Positions 21,381 to 29,149 of a stretch of 36,559 bases of DNA are shown piece after piece. The notes under the pieces are model-generated. The model did not search any database. It was not told the DNA's origin and saw only the letters and a program-made list of their open reading frames with translations. The stretch spans positions 1 through 36,559 of the forward strand of contig JALQUJ010000175.1 in the NCBI GenBank assembly GCA_023263825.1, read 5' to 3'. Source of the stretch: Porticoccus sp. GTDB lineage: Bacteria > Pseudomonadota > Gammaproteobacteria > Pseudomonadales > Porticoccaceae. Made by a program: the position numbers and the translations under genes. Every line of letters starts with the position of its first letter. The first letter of the stretch is position 1.

Positions 21381-22412
21381 TTAAGGCCCATTAAACATTT
21401 CAGTTAAATTGACTGTAGATTTTTTGCCAATATGTTTGAGATTTTTCTCCAGCCATTTTTCGGCAGTATCTCTACCAATATCTCGTAAATGTTGTAAAAA
21501 CTTCCACTCAACGTTCATCTTTGAGGATACGCCTAGGGGAATCAGTTCACTTTGATTTTCGATAATATGTACATGGTTGTCACGGTATTCTTTATCAGAA
21601 AGCACGCCCCTTTTAATCAGTCGAGAAACAAATTCAACGGAACGTAAATCTTTTAATAGGGAGCTGTTAAACCCTATTTCATTTAATCGGTCAGAAATTT
21701 CTTGTGTAGTGCGTGGGGTCCCCTTGCGTTCAATAGGGTTAATTTGAATAACGACAATATCCGCACAGTCCGTGCTTTCAAAAAAAGGAAATAGGGACGG
21801 ATTACCCATATAGCCACCATCCCAGTAGGGAGTTCCATCAACTTCAACAGCTTGAAATACCATAGGTAAACAACAGGAGGCGATAATCATATCGGCTGTT
21901 AATTCACAGTGCTCAAATATTTTAACCCGCCCAGTTTCCACATTGGTGGCAGAGATAAAAAGTTTGGTCATATTGCAGCGGCGGACCCGCTCAAAATCGA
22001 CAGAAGTTTCAAGCAATAATTTTAGGGGGTTAAGGTTCAAGGGGTTTAATTGATAAGGAGAAAAGGCTTGAGTTAATACATTATGAAAATGGAAGCCAGG
22101 TGATTTGTTTAGGCTCCACTTACCTAAAAACTTATCAATAGGATTACGTTTAATGGGGCTCCAGTGGCCAGCCAAACTTAATTTGTACCAAAAATTGTGT
22201 AAAGCTTCCCGAGCTCCATCTGGGCCGCCATTCATCATGCCATCAGCATAGAGTATAGTGTTTATAGCGCCGGCAGAGGTTCCGGAAATGCCAGGGAAAG
22301 TTAGCCGGCCATCTTCTAACAATTTATCAAGCACACCCCAGGTAAATGCACCGTGGGAACCTCCACCTTGAAGTGCGAGGTTAACTGGTATTGATTTTTT
22401 TGGCATTGCCAT
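21381..22412 (-). CDS. Patatin-like phospholipase/esterase
   Basis: Oxyanion loop LQGGGSHG, nucleophile GTSAG and catalytic DGG (YWDGGY); no signal peptide. Confidence 0.9.
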   Translation of the reverse strand: MAMPKKSIPVNLALQGGGSHGAFTWGVLDKLLEDGRLTFPGISGTSAGAINTILYADGMMNGGPDGAREALHNFWYKLSLAGHWSPIKRNPIDKFLGKWSLNKSPGFHFHNVLTQAFSPYQLNPLNLNPLKLLLETSVDFERVRRCNMTKLFISATNVETGRVKIFEHCELTADMIIASCCLPMVFQAVEVDGTPYWDGGYMGNPSLFPFFESTDCADIVVIQINPIERKGTPRTTQEISDRLNEIGFNSSLLKDLRSVEFVSRLIKRGVLSDKEYRDNHVHIIENQSELIPLGVSSKMNVEWKFLQHLRDIGRDTAEKWLEKNLKHIGKKSTVNLTEMFNGP

Positions 22413-22553
22413 CTTGTTCCTTCGTATGATCGAGAGGTATTAGTTTCCTTCCCATTTCTTAAATTTTAAAGTCATGTTTAGGTGGGGTTAAGTGTGGTGT
22501 ATTTAGCACTGGATGTTAACAGCCCCCCCCCCTAAATCAGGTTAGGGGTATTA

Positions 22554-22970
22554 ATGAAAGAGATAAAATATCCAATCACGGGTGCATGTCAGTGTGGTGA
22601 GGTTACTTACCAGCTAACTGAGCCCCCTCTTGTCGTTATTGCCTGCCACTGTAGAGAGTGCCAAAAATTATCTATCACTGCATTTAGTATAACTGCGCTG
22701 GCTAATACAACTGCTGTGACGTTTAAGGGGGATCTTAAGGAGTGGAGGCGTATTGCGGACAGCGGTAACGTGAATGGTGCAAAGTTTTGTGGCACATGCG
22801 GCAATCGTTTTTTCCACTTTAATCCCGCTGAACCTGATAAGTTAAAGTTGAAGTCCAGCAATTTGTCGCATACCCAAATAATTAATCCAACCATGCATGT
22901 ATGGGTCAGTCAAAAGTAGGAATGGTATGAAATTCCAGAGGAAGTCGCTCAATTTGATAAACAGCCATAA
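22554..22970 (+). pseudogene. GFA/CENP-V family Zn protein interrupted by an in-frame TAG at 22917-22919
   Basis: GACQCG, CHCRECQK and FCGTCG motifs. The frame continues past the TAG as EWYEIPEEVAQFDKQP to a TAA ending at 22970, which looks like the normal family C-terminus. Confidence 0.75.
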
Positions 22971-22991
22971 TGGAAGGTTTTCTGAGTAGCT

Positions 22992-23309
22992 TTATTTATC
23001 AACCCAAATTTTACGTAAAGGCTCACCAAAATCATCGTAGATAATTTCTTCTCTTGGTTCTGGTTTTTTGGGTTTTTTCTTTTGGGGCTTTTTATTGCGT
23101 CGAGCATCTAGTGCGGCGACTACCTCTGGTACTGGCGTACGGTCTGTTTTGGTATCGGTAAACAATGGTGTTTTGATGCTTTCGAGTGGGTTTTCTCGAC
23201 CACTGACACCACTCGGGATATTTTCGATTTCTCCACCTTTTCGAGTGTAGCGGTCCATTTGTCGCTGTAACTCGGCACGGATGTCTGCTTTGGTGGGTAT
23301 CTTTTTCAC
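22992..23309 (-). CDS. Conserved-looking small basic hypothetical protein
   Basis: GTG start at 23309 (KKIPTKADIRAEL...), Lys/Pro-rich linker and C-terminal IIYDDFGEPLRKIW. It fills the gap and has its own promoter. Confidence 0.75.
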   Translation of the reverse strand: MKKIPTKADIRAELQRQMDRYTRKGGEIENIPSGVSGRENPLESIKTPLFTDTKTDRTPVPEVVAALDARRNKKPQKKKPKKPEPREEIIYDDFGEPLRKIWVDK

Positions 23310-23330
23310 GGCGCTTCGATTAATTCTTAA

Positions 23331-23346
23331 CCCGCGGATTATAGCA
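23331..23346 (-). promoter_or_regulatory. Extended -10 promoter with a GC-rich discriminator
   Basis: Minus strand TGcTATAAT-CCGCGGG, about 28 bp upstream of the GTG at 23309. Confidence 0.6.
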
Positions 23347-23362
23347 TTACAATTTGGAAGTA

Positions 23363-24196
23363 TTACCAGTGTTTCCAAACGGGCTCACAATCAGCAGGGA
23401 ATGTTGAGAATTGGCCTAATTCAGCCCAATTTTCACCCGGTTGATGAAAGTCAGAGCCGCAGGAGGCAAAGAGGTTTTTTTGGCGGCAAATACTAGAGAG
23501 ATCCTTGGTAACGGAAGGTATTTGCTTGCCTGAGACAATTTCCATTCCTTGTCCACCAGCCTTAATAAAGTCATCCAGAAAGGCAATCAGCTTGGTTCGT
23601 GTCAGGTTGTATTTGGCAGGATGGGCTAGAACTGGTGTACCTCCAGCTCCTCGAATCCATTCTATTATTTGTGGTAATCCTGCCCAGAGTTGTTTGATAT
23701 CACAAGATGTTCCTGAACCAAGAAATTTTTTGAAGGCTTGTTTGATATTGCTAACGGCACCTGCTTCAACTAAATACTGCGCAAAATGGGGGCGGCCAAT
23801 ATTGTTATTGCCTGCGATTTTTAAGGTTTTATCCAAAACGTCATTAAAACCGTAGCCAGTCAGTTTCTCAGCAATACGCTCTGCCCTTTCTTTGCGGGCA
23901 TGTTGTTGATGAGCAACACCGGCTTTTAGTGCATCGCTTTCAGGGTTGATGTTTAGGCCAACAATATGAATATTTACTTTTCGCCATTCGGTGGAGAACT
24001 CAATGCCGGGGATAATTTTGAGCGGCAGTTGATTCGATGCATCCAGCAGTTGGTAGGCTAACGCTGTATCGTGGTCAGTGATAGACAGGATATCTACGCC
24101 CTGCTTAGCCGCACGTTGAACTAACTCAAGGGGTGAGAGGGAGCCGTCAGAGCATGTGGTGTGGCAATGCAGGTCGTACTTTAAAGGGATTGTCAT
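23363..24196 (-). CDS. PHP-domain phosphoesterase, YciV/TrpH (RNase AM-like) family
   Basis: DLHCHTTCSDG, ITDHD, GIEFS, GRPHFA, LAHP and GSDFH. Confidence 0.9.
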   Translation of the reverse strand: MTIPLKYDLHCHTTCSDGSLSPLELVQRAAKQGVDILSITDHDTALAYQLLDASNQLPLKIIPGIEFSTEWRKVNIHIVGLNINPESDALKAGVAHQQHARKERAERIAEKLTGYGFNDVLDKTLKIAGNNNIGRPHFAQYLVEAGAVSNIKQAFKKFLGSGTSCDIKQLWAGLPQIIEWIRGAGGTPVLAHPAKYNLTRTKLIAFLDDFIKAGGQGMEIVSGKQIPSVTKDLSSICRQKNLFASCGSDFHQPGENWAELGQFSTFPADCEPVWKHW

Positions 24197-24245
24197 AGGC
24201 TAGCTATTATAAGGTAATTGCAGACGTTGCCGTTATACTGAGGCT

Positions 24246-24830
24246 ATGAAGATAGCTGTTTCTGAAAAAACAAAATCGTTAACACCCAACATCAGTATCG
24301 AACCCATTGGGATAGTCGAACAACGGCAGGTTATAGCGCAGACTGAACATTTTATACGGTTGGGGGGGAAGCTGTTGGGCTGTCACTTTGACAACATTCC
24401 TGTATATTTTGATTTAAAAGGCCGTACTGCGGGTATGTATAAGGTGATGGGTAGAGGGCTACTGTCTCGGCGTATTATTCGCTATAACCCGTGGATTTTT
24501 GCCAAGTACTATGAAAACAATTTGGCAGTGACTGTTCCCCATGAGGTGGCCCATTATTTAGTGGATTGTGTCCATAGCATAAGGAAAGTCCGACCCCACG
24601 GGGCCGAATGGAAATCTGTGATGAATGCCTTTGGTGTGGATAGTAGCGTTACAGCAAAATTTGACCTTGAGGGCATTCCCGCTCGCCAATATCGTCAGTT
24701 TGAATATGTATGTGTATGTAAAACGCATCAATTGGGTGTCCGGCGCCATAATAAAGTATCTCGCGGTGAGGCCAACTACCTCTGTCGAAACTGTGGTGAG
24801 TCACTCAAGCCCGTTACCGCAGTATTGTGA
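24246..24830 (+). CDS. SprT-like zinc metalloprotease
   Basis: G..AG, TVPHEVAH (HExxH), PHGAEW and a C-terminal Zn ribbon YVCVC...H...YLCRNC. Confidence 0.9.
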   Translation: MKIAVSEKTKSLTPNISIEPIGIVEQRQVIAQTEHFIRLGGKLLGCHFDNIPVYFDLKGRTAGMYKVMGRGLLSRRIIRYNPWIFAKYYENNLAVTVPHEVAHYLVDCVHSIRKVRPHGAEWKSVMNAFGVDSSVTAKFDLEGIPARQYRQFEYVCVCKTHQLGVRRHNKVSRGEANYLCRNCGESLKPVTAVL

Positions 24831-25123
24831 CAGATGGAAGCGTGACAGGTGAAAGTGTGATGGATAGACGTGATGCCCATTGGTCTGTCTATATGATTGA
24901 GGCATCTGACGGTTCTCTGTATACCGGTATCACCACCGATGTACAGCGCCGTTTTAATGAGCATTTAAGTGGTAAACAGGGCGCTAAATACTTTCAAGGC
25001 AGGGCCCCGAAAAAAATTGTCTATGTGGAAAGTGGCCATAATCGCAGTAGTGCGTCTAAACGAGAGGCTGAGATTAAGAAATTGCGGCGTGAACAGAAGC
25101 TTCAGTTGATTGATAGCCACTAA
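24827..25123 (+). CDS. Stand-alone GIY-YIG nuclease (UPF0213/YhbQ-like)
   Basis: WSVYM...SLYTGITTDVQRRFNEH, GAKY and ASKREAEIKKL; GTGA overlap with the SprT stop. Confidence 0.9.
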   Translation: MTDGSVTGESVMDRRDAHWSVYMIEASDGSLYTGITTDVQRRFNEHLSGKQGAKYFQGRAPKKIVYVESGHNRSSASKREAEIKKLRREQKLQLIDSH

Positions 25124-25180
25124 TTTATGGTGTGAAATAAATAGCCATTACGAATTAGCAGAAATATAAGGTGTTCAAAG

Positions 25181-25420
25181 ATGGACATTCAGCACAACCC
25201 AGATAAGCAATGTTTTACCATCGCGCTTGGGCATATCTCGGCTGTCCTAGAATACAGTCTGTTATCTGAGCAGAATGTCGACTTTACGCGAACCTATGTT
25301 CCATCAGAATTTCGAGGGCAAGGGTATGCTGAGGCATTGGTGACGCAGGGGTTGGCTTGGGCTGAACAGCAGGGACTTAAGGTACAAGCCTCCTGCTGGT
25401 ATGTCAGAGGGTTTCTCTAG
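25181..25420 (+). CDS. Minimal GNAT-family acetyltransferase (YjdJ-like)
   Basis: TYVPSEFRGQGYA acetyl-CoA motif and ASCWYV; AAGG RBS. Confidence 0.85.
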   Translation: MDIQHNPDKQCFTIALGHISAVLEYSLLSEQNVDFTRTYVPSEFRGQGYAEALVTQGLAWAEQQGLKVQASCWYVRGFL

Positions 25421-25446
25421 TGTTTTTTCATGTATAAGTGTGTTCT

Positions 25447-25728
25447 TTATCCGTATGTACATAAATACGCAGTATCTACTTCCACTTGTAGCTGAAAGCT
25501 TTTACCAGCTTCAACTATAAAGCTGTCACCATGCTCGAAAGTTCCCCAGTCATCACTATCAGGTAGTTTCACTGTCAACGTGCCACTGACTACAGTCATG
25601 GTTTCTTTTTCACTGGCACCGAATTCGTATTCACCAGGTGCCATAACGCCTACAGTTGCGGGTAGAGTTGCTGTTTGAAAACCGATGGATGTGACTTTTC
25701 CATCGAAGTATTCGTTTGTTTTAAACAT
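25447..25728 (-). CDS. ppnP: Pyrimidine/purine nucleoside phosphorylase
   Basis: [31 protein letters not shown] and YLC.Y; 93-aa cupin-like protein. Confidence 0.93.
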   Translation of the reverse strand: MFKTNEYFDGKVTSIGFQTATLPATVGVMAPGEYEFGASEKETMTVVSGTLTVKLPDSDDWGTFEHGDSFIVEAGKSFQLQVEVDTAYLCTYG

Positions 25729-25780
25729 ATTGATATTCCCAATAACAAATTAAATAAAGAAGGTAGTTGGCCTATAAGCT

Positions 25781-25840
25781 GCCTGTTGTTCAAGGTGGGG
25801 TCTTATTGTTCAAGGCGGGCTCTTATTTTTCAATGCGTAT
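25781..25840 (+). repeat. Three degenerate 20-bp direct repeats in the ppnP/yhiN divergent region
   Basis: GCCTGTTGTTCAAGGTGGGG / TCTTATTGTTCAAGGCGGGC / TCTTATTTTTCAATGCGTAT. Confidence 0.8.
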
Positions 25841-25913
25841 AGTACCTTGACTCTCAGCCTTATAGAATGCGCACTTTCTGATCTTTGGTGAGCCCGGTGT
25901 CTGGAGTGATTTT

Positions 25914-27128
25914 TTGAGTAGTTGGGATGTGGTGGTTATCGGTGCCGGTGCTGCTGGATTAATGTGTGCCATCACAGCAGGTCAGCGTGGTCGTCGAGTA
26001 CTGGTGCTGGAACGAGCTAATAAACCAGGAAAGAAGATTCTGATGTCTGGTGGAGGTCGATGTAACTTTACTAATTTGTATGTGGAGCCGGATAATTTCC
26101 TCTCGGAAAACCCCCACTTTTGTAAGTCAGCTTTAAGTCGTTATACCCAGTGGGATTTTATTGATCTTGTGTGTCAGCACGATATTGGTTACCACGAGAA
26201 AACCCTGGGGCAATTGTTTTGTGATGATTCTTCCAAAGATATTCTCAATATGCTGTTGGTTGAAGCTGAGAAGGTGGGGGTAGCACTGAAAACCCAATGT
26301 GATATTGGCCAAGTTAACTGTATTGGGGAAGTGAATGGTGATGATGGATTTCAGTTACAGACGAGCTTGGGTGAAATAGAGACTGAGTCTGTCGTTGTGG
26401 CGGCCGGAGGGCTTTCGGTGCCAACATTAGGTGGTTCAGATTTTGGTTATCGGTTAGCTGAACAGTTTGGTCATACTCTCGTGACTTTGAGGCCCGCATT
26501 GGTGCCCTTTACCTTTACTGATGGTTTTAAGCTGCTGTCTGAAAAGCTTAGTGGAGTTTCCGTTTGGGCAAGAATCCATACAAAAGTTGACACGAGTGAG
26601 TATTCTTTTCTGGAAAATATCCTGTTTACCCATAGAGGGTTAAGTGGTCCTGCAGTGTTGCAAATATCCAGTTATTGGCGAGAAGGGCAGGGGGTAATGG
26701 TGGACCTTTTGCCAGAAATAAATTGCCAGGAATTTCTGGTAGAGCAAAAACAACGGCAGCCTAAAGCGCGATTGCGAACAGTATTGTCTCAGTTATTGCC
26801 ACGAAAGCTGGTGCTGGAGTTAGAAACAATGTGGTGGCCCGAGGAAGTCGAAAAGCCATTGGCCGAATTGTCGGAATTATTATTGTCAGGGATTGCCGAT
26901 AAAATACATGGCTGGCAGTTAAAGCCGTCAGGTACAGAAGGTTATCGTACTGCTGAAGTGACCTTAGGTGGTGTGGACACCGATACTGTTTCCTCAAAAA
27001 CCATGGAGAGTAAAAATCAGTCTGGCTTGTACTTTGTGGGAGAGGTTTTGGATGTGACCGGCCATTTGGGTGGGTTTAATTTCCAATGGGCCTGGGCCTC
27101 TGGGTATGCGGCAGGGCAGGTAGCCTGA
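25914..27128 (+). CDS. yhiN: HI0933/YhiN family flavoprotein
   Basis: IGAGAAG, GKKILMSGGGRCNFTN, FTHRGLSGPA, AEVTLGGV and GGFNFQWAWASG; TTG start with a GGAG RBS. Confidence 0.92.
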   Translation: MSSWDVVVIGAGAAGLMCAITAGQRGRRVLVLERANKPGKKILMSGGGRCNFTNLYVEPDNFLSENPHFCKSALSRYTQWDFIDLVCQHDIGYHEKTLGQLFCDDSSKDILNMLLVEAEKVGVALKTQCDIGQVNCIGEVNGDDGFQLQTSLGEIETESVVVAAGGLSVPTLGGSDFGYRLAEQFGHTLVTLRPALVPFTFTDGFKLLSEKLSGVSVWARIHTKVDTSEYSFLENILFTHRGLSGPAVLQISSYWREGQGVMVDLLPEINCQEFLVEQKQRQPKARLRTVLSQLLPRKLVLELETMWWPEEVEKPLAELSELLLSGIADKIHGWQLKPSGTEGYRTAEVTLGGVDTDTVSSKTMESKNQSGLYFVGEVLDVTGHLGGFNFQWAWASGYAAGQVA

Positions 27129-27190
27129 GAGACGTTAGATAAAACCGATTAGTTTAAAATAATACTAGATAAATAATTTGGGTTTAAAGA

Positions 27191-27475
27191 ATGCAAAGAG
27201 AAGAGTTGAATGCTGAAACTGCCAAGATTCGTTGGCAGGAACTACAGCGATTTTTTGCCAATGGCTCAACAATTTATGTGTCACCAGAACTTGATTTGAT
27301 TGATGTGGCAATGGAAATTTGTCACGACAATAAATCGAAGATAGAACAGTGGATGGCAGATGAATCAGTTGGGCAGGTGTCGGATAATCAGGCCGTGGAG
27401 TGGTTAGAGGCCGATGCCACAGTATGGTCTGTGGTGGTCAAGCCCTGGGTGCTTGTTCAGCCATTAAAAAGTTAA
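27191..27475 (+). CDS. DUF2288-family protein
   Basis: ETAKIRWQELQRFFANG, LDLIDVA and WSVVVKPWVLVQ. Confidence 0.82.
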   Translation: MQREELNAETAKIRWQELQRFFANGSTIYVSPELDLIDVAMEICHDNKSKIEQWMADESVGQVSDNQAVEWLEADATVWSVVVKPWVLVQPLKS

Positions 27476-27496
27476 TTTGTTCGTTATTCATTAAGA

Positions 27497-27532
27497 TAAA
27501 AAGCCCTGAAAAATTACTTTCAGGGCTTTTTA
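27497..27532. terminator. Bidirectional Rho-independent terminator
   Basis: TAAAAAGCCCTGAAA-AATTAC-TTTCAGGGCTTTTTA between convergent genes. Confidence 0.9.
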
Positions 27533-27555
27533 CTGAACAGATTTCCATGGTGTGC

Positions 27556-27945
27556 TTATGTGATGATTCCACCACCACCTGGCATTCCACCCATGCCTCC
27601 CATTCCACCTTCTTGACCGGGTACAACAATTTTAGATGCCTGTTCACGGCGCATTTCTTCCAGTTCTTTGGCGGTTTGCTCAACAGCAACTTCTGCGGCA
27701 GGACCAAATTTTTCAGCAGCTTCGCCGATTGTTGTGGCGTCTAGATTGAAGTTGATAGGAAGGGCTCCCATAGGCGTCATAACCTGTGTGGACCCAGAAT
27801 AGAGTACTTCACGGCTGGTATCTGTTTCACCTTCTGGTGTCACCGGTGTTAGTCGGCGAATGGTGCCAATTTTTTGATCAGTAAATACTTCCTCGCGATA
27901 CAGGTCCGCAGGATTCATATTGGCATCAGGTTGTTGTTCACTCAT
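27556..27945 (-). CDS. Hypothetical acidic protein with a Gly/Met-rich tail
   Basis: ATG at 27945 (MSEQQPDANMNPADLYREEVFTD...), an upstream extended -10 TGcTAGTAT (27989-27981) and a downstream terminator. Confidence 0.82.
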   Translation of the reverse strand: MSEQQPDANMNPADLYREEVFTDQKIGTIRRLTPVTPEGETDTSREVLYSGSTQVMTPMGALPINFNLDATTIGEAAEKFGPAAEVAVEQTAKELEEMRREQASKIVVPGQEGGMGGMGGMPGGGGIIT

Positions 27946-28031
27946 AGCAGTAGATTCGATTGTTATTGAAAGAGGTCGCAATACTAGCAGATTTGTTAGC
28001 AGTTTTTCTCTGTGGTTTTTGATCCAAGTTT

Positions 28032-28925
28032 TTACGGCGCGGTGATCTGATTTTTTAGGGTTTTTACCATGGCATTAGCCGCCGCTGAGAGTGGGTAGCG
28101 GCGACGGGTCAGGATGCCCACTCGACGTGTTACCGTTGGCCGGGTGAGGGGTCTACACTCAACGCCCAGGGATTCCATTTGCTGAATAGTGAGTGATGGC
28201 ATCACACTGATACCTAAACCGTTCGCAACCATGGAGCTAATAGAGGCCAGTTGGTTTGCTTCAAACTCTACGTTGAGTTGAATACCCCTGGACATAGTCG
28301 CTTTATCTACCATTTGTCGCATCGCTGAAGGGCGCTGTAGCGCAATAAAAGGGTAGTTTTGCAAATGTTTCCAAGTGATGTTTTCTATGTCTAGTAGTGA
28401 ATGATGTTTGGGGGTGACGACAAAAAAACGGTCTTCGAACAGAGGTTCAAAATTGAGGTCTTCTGACTCGTCAGGATCAAAAGTGACACCTACCTCTACC
28501 CGACCTTTACGCACCATATCGACAACATCTTCTGCAACCACATCTTGAACTGCAATATTAATGTCAGGATGTTGCATTCGATAATGGGATAGCGCCTTCG
28601 GTAGTTGGCTAATTGAGAAGGAGGCCATAGTAGCAATGGTGAGCTTGCCTCGGCGCATTGCAAACAAATTATGGAGGTCTGCCAGGGCATTGTCCCAATC
28701 CGCCAACAATCGTTGTGCCACAGGAAGAAAGTCTTCCCCTTCTGGGGTTAGCGATAGTGTCCGAGTAGTCCGGTATAACAATTGTCCGCCGGCAACTTCT
28801 TCCATATTCTTAACCGCAATGCTTAGTGCCGGTTGTGATAAATGAAGTATTGCGCCAGCTTCGGCAAAGTTTCGGGTCTGAGCAACAGCGACAAAGGCCT
28901 TCAGCTGTTTAATGGTAATGTCCAT
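28032..28925 (-). CDS. LysR-family regulator divergent from scoAB (DhcR-like position)
   Basis: HTH region NFAEAGAILHLSQPALS...LYRTTRTLSLTPEG and substrate domain with GLGISVMP. Confidence 0.93.
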   Translation of the reverse strand: MDITIKQLKAFVAVAQTRNFAEAGAILHLSQPALSIAVKNMEEVAGGQLLYRTTRTLSLTPEGEDFLPVAQRLLADWDNALADLHNLFAMRRGKLTIATMASFSISQLPKALSHYRMQHPDINIAVQDVVAEDVVDMVRKGRVEVGVTFDPDESEDLNFEPLFEDRFFVVTPKHHSLLDIENITWKHLQNYPFIALQRPSAMRQMVDKATMSRGIQLNVEFEANQLASISSMVANGLGISVMPSLTIQQMESLGVECRPLTRPTVTRRVGILTRRRYPLSAAANAMVKTLKNQITAP

Positions 28926-28999
28926 ACGTAGCTATTGTTTCTCCAAATCCGGGCTAATAATTTCAATTTTTACTGGTAGAAACTTTAATCAAAGTATTT

Positions 29000-29061
29000 A
29001 TTTAATTTATTAATTAGTCTATTAAAATTTTACGCTTGATAAATATATCTCCATGTAGCAT
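29000..29061 (+). promoter_or_regulatory. Probable LysR box and scoA promoter
   Basis: T-N11-A dyad ATTtaatttattAAT (29000-29014) in an AT-rich divergent gap, with a -10-like TAGCAT at 29056. The motif is low in specificity. Confidence 0.4.
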
Positions 29062-29149
29062 CCTTGCCGACGTTTTGCAACCTGTGGTTTGGGCCTCGGG
29101 GTAACATAAAAAGTCACTAATATAGAAAGTAACGGAAGGAGTTTTGTTC

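Noticed and set aside
22917-22919. Pyrrolysine or programmed recoding of the GFA amber codon
   Set aside because: No pyl genes are in view, and TAG is used as a normal stop by other genes here (rodA, rapA). A point mutation or sequencing error is simpler.
24197-24245. LexA (SOS) box upstream of SprT/GIY-YIG
   Set aside because: No CTGT-N8-ACAG is present, so SOS control is unsupported. This weakens but does not exclude the repair hypothesis.
25781-25840. Direct repeats as a mini-CRISPR array
   Set aside because: The units are contiguous 20-mers without unique spacers, they are degenerate, and no cas genes are present.
29036-29049. FNR/ANR box before scoA (TTGAT...)
   Set aside because: Only one half-site matches; the second half is not ATCAA. 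The same applies to TTGATCTAGATATT upstream of rapA.
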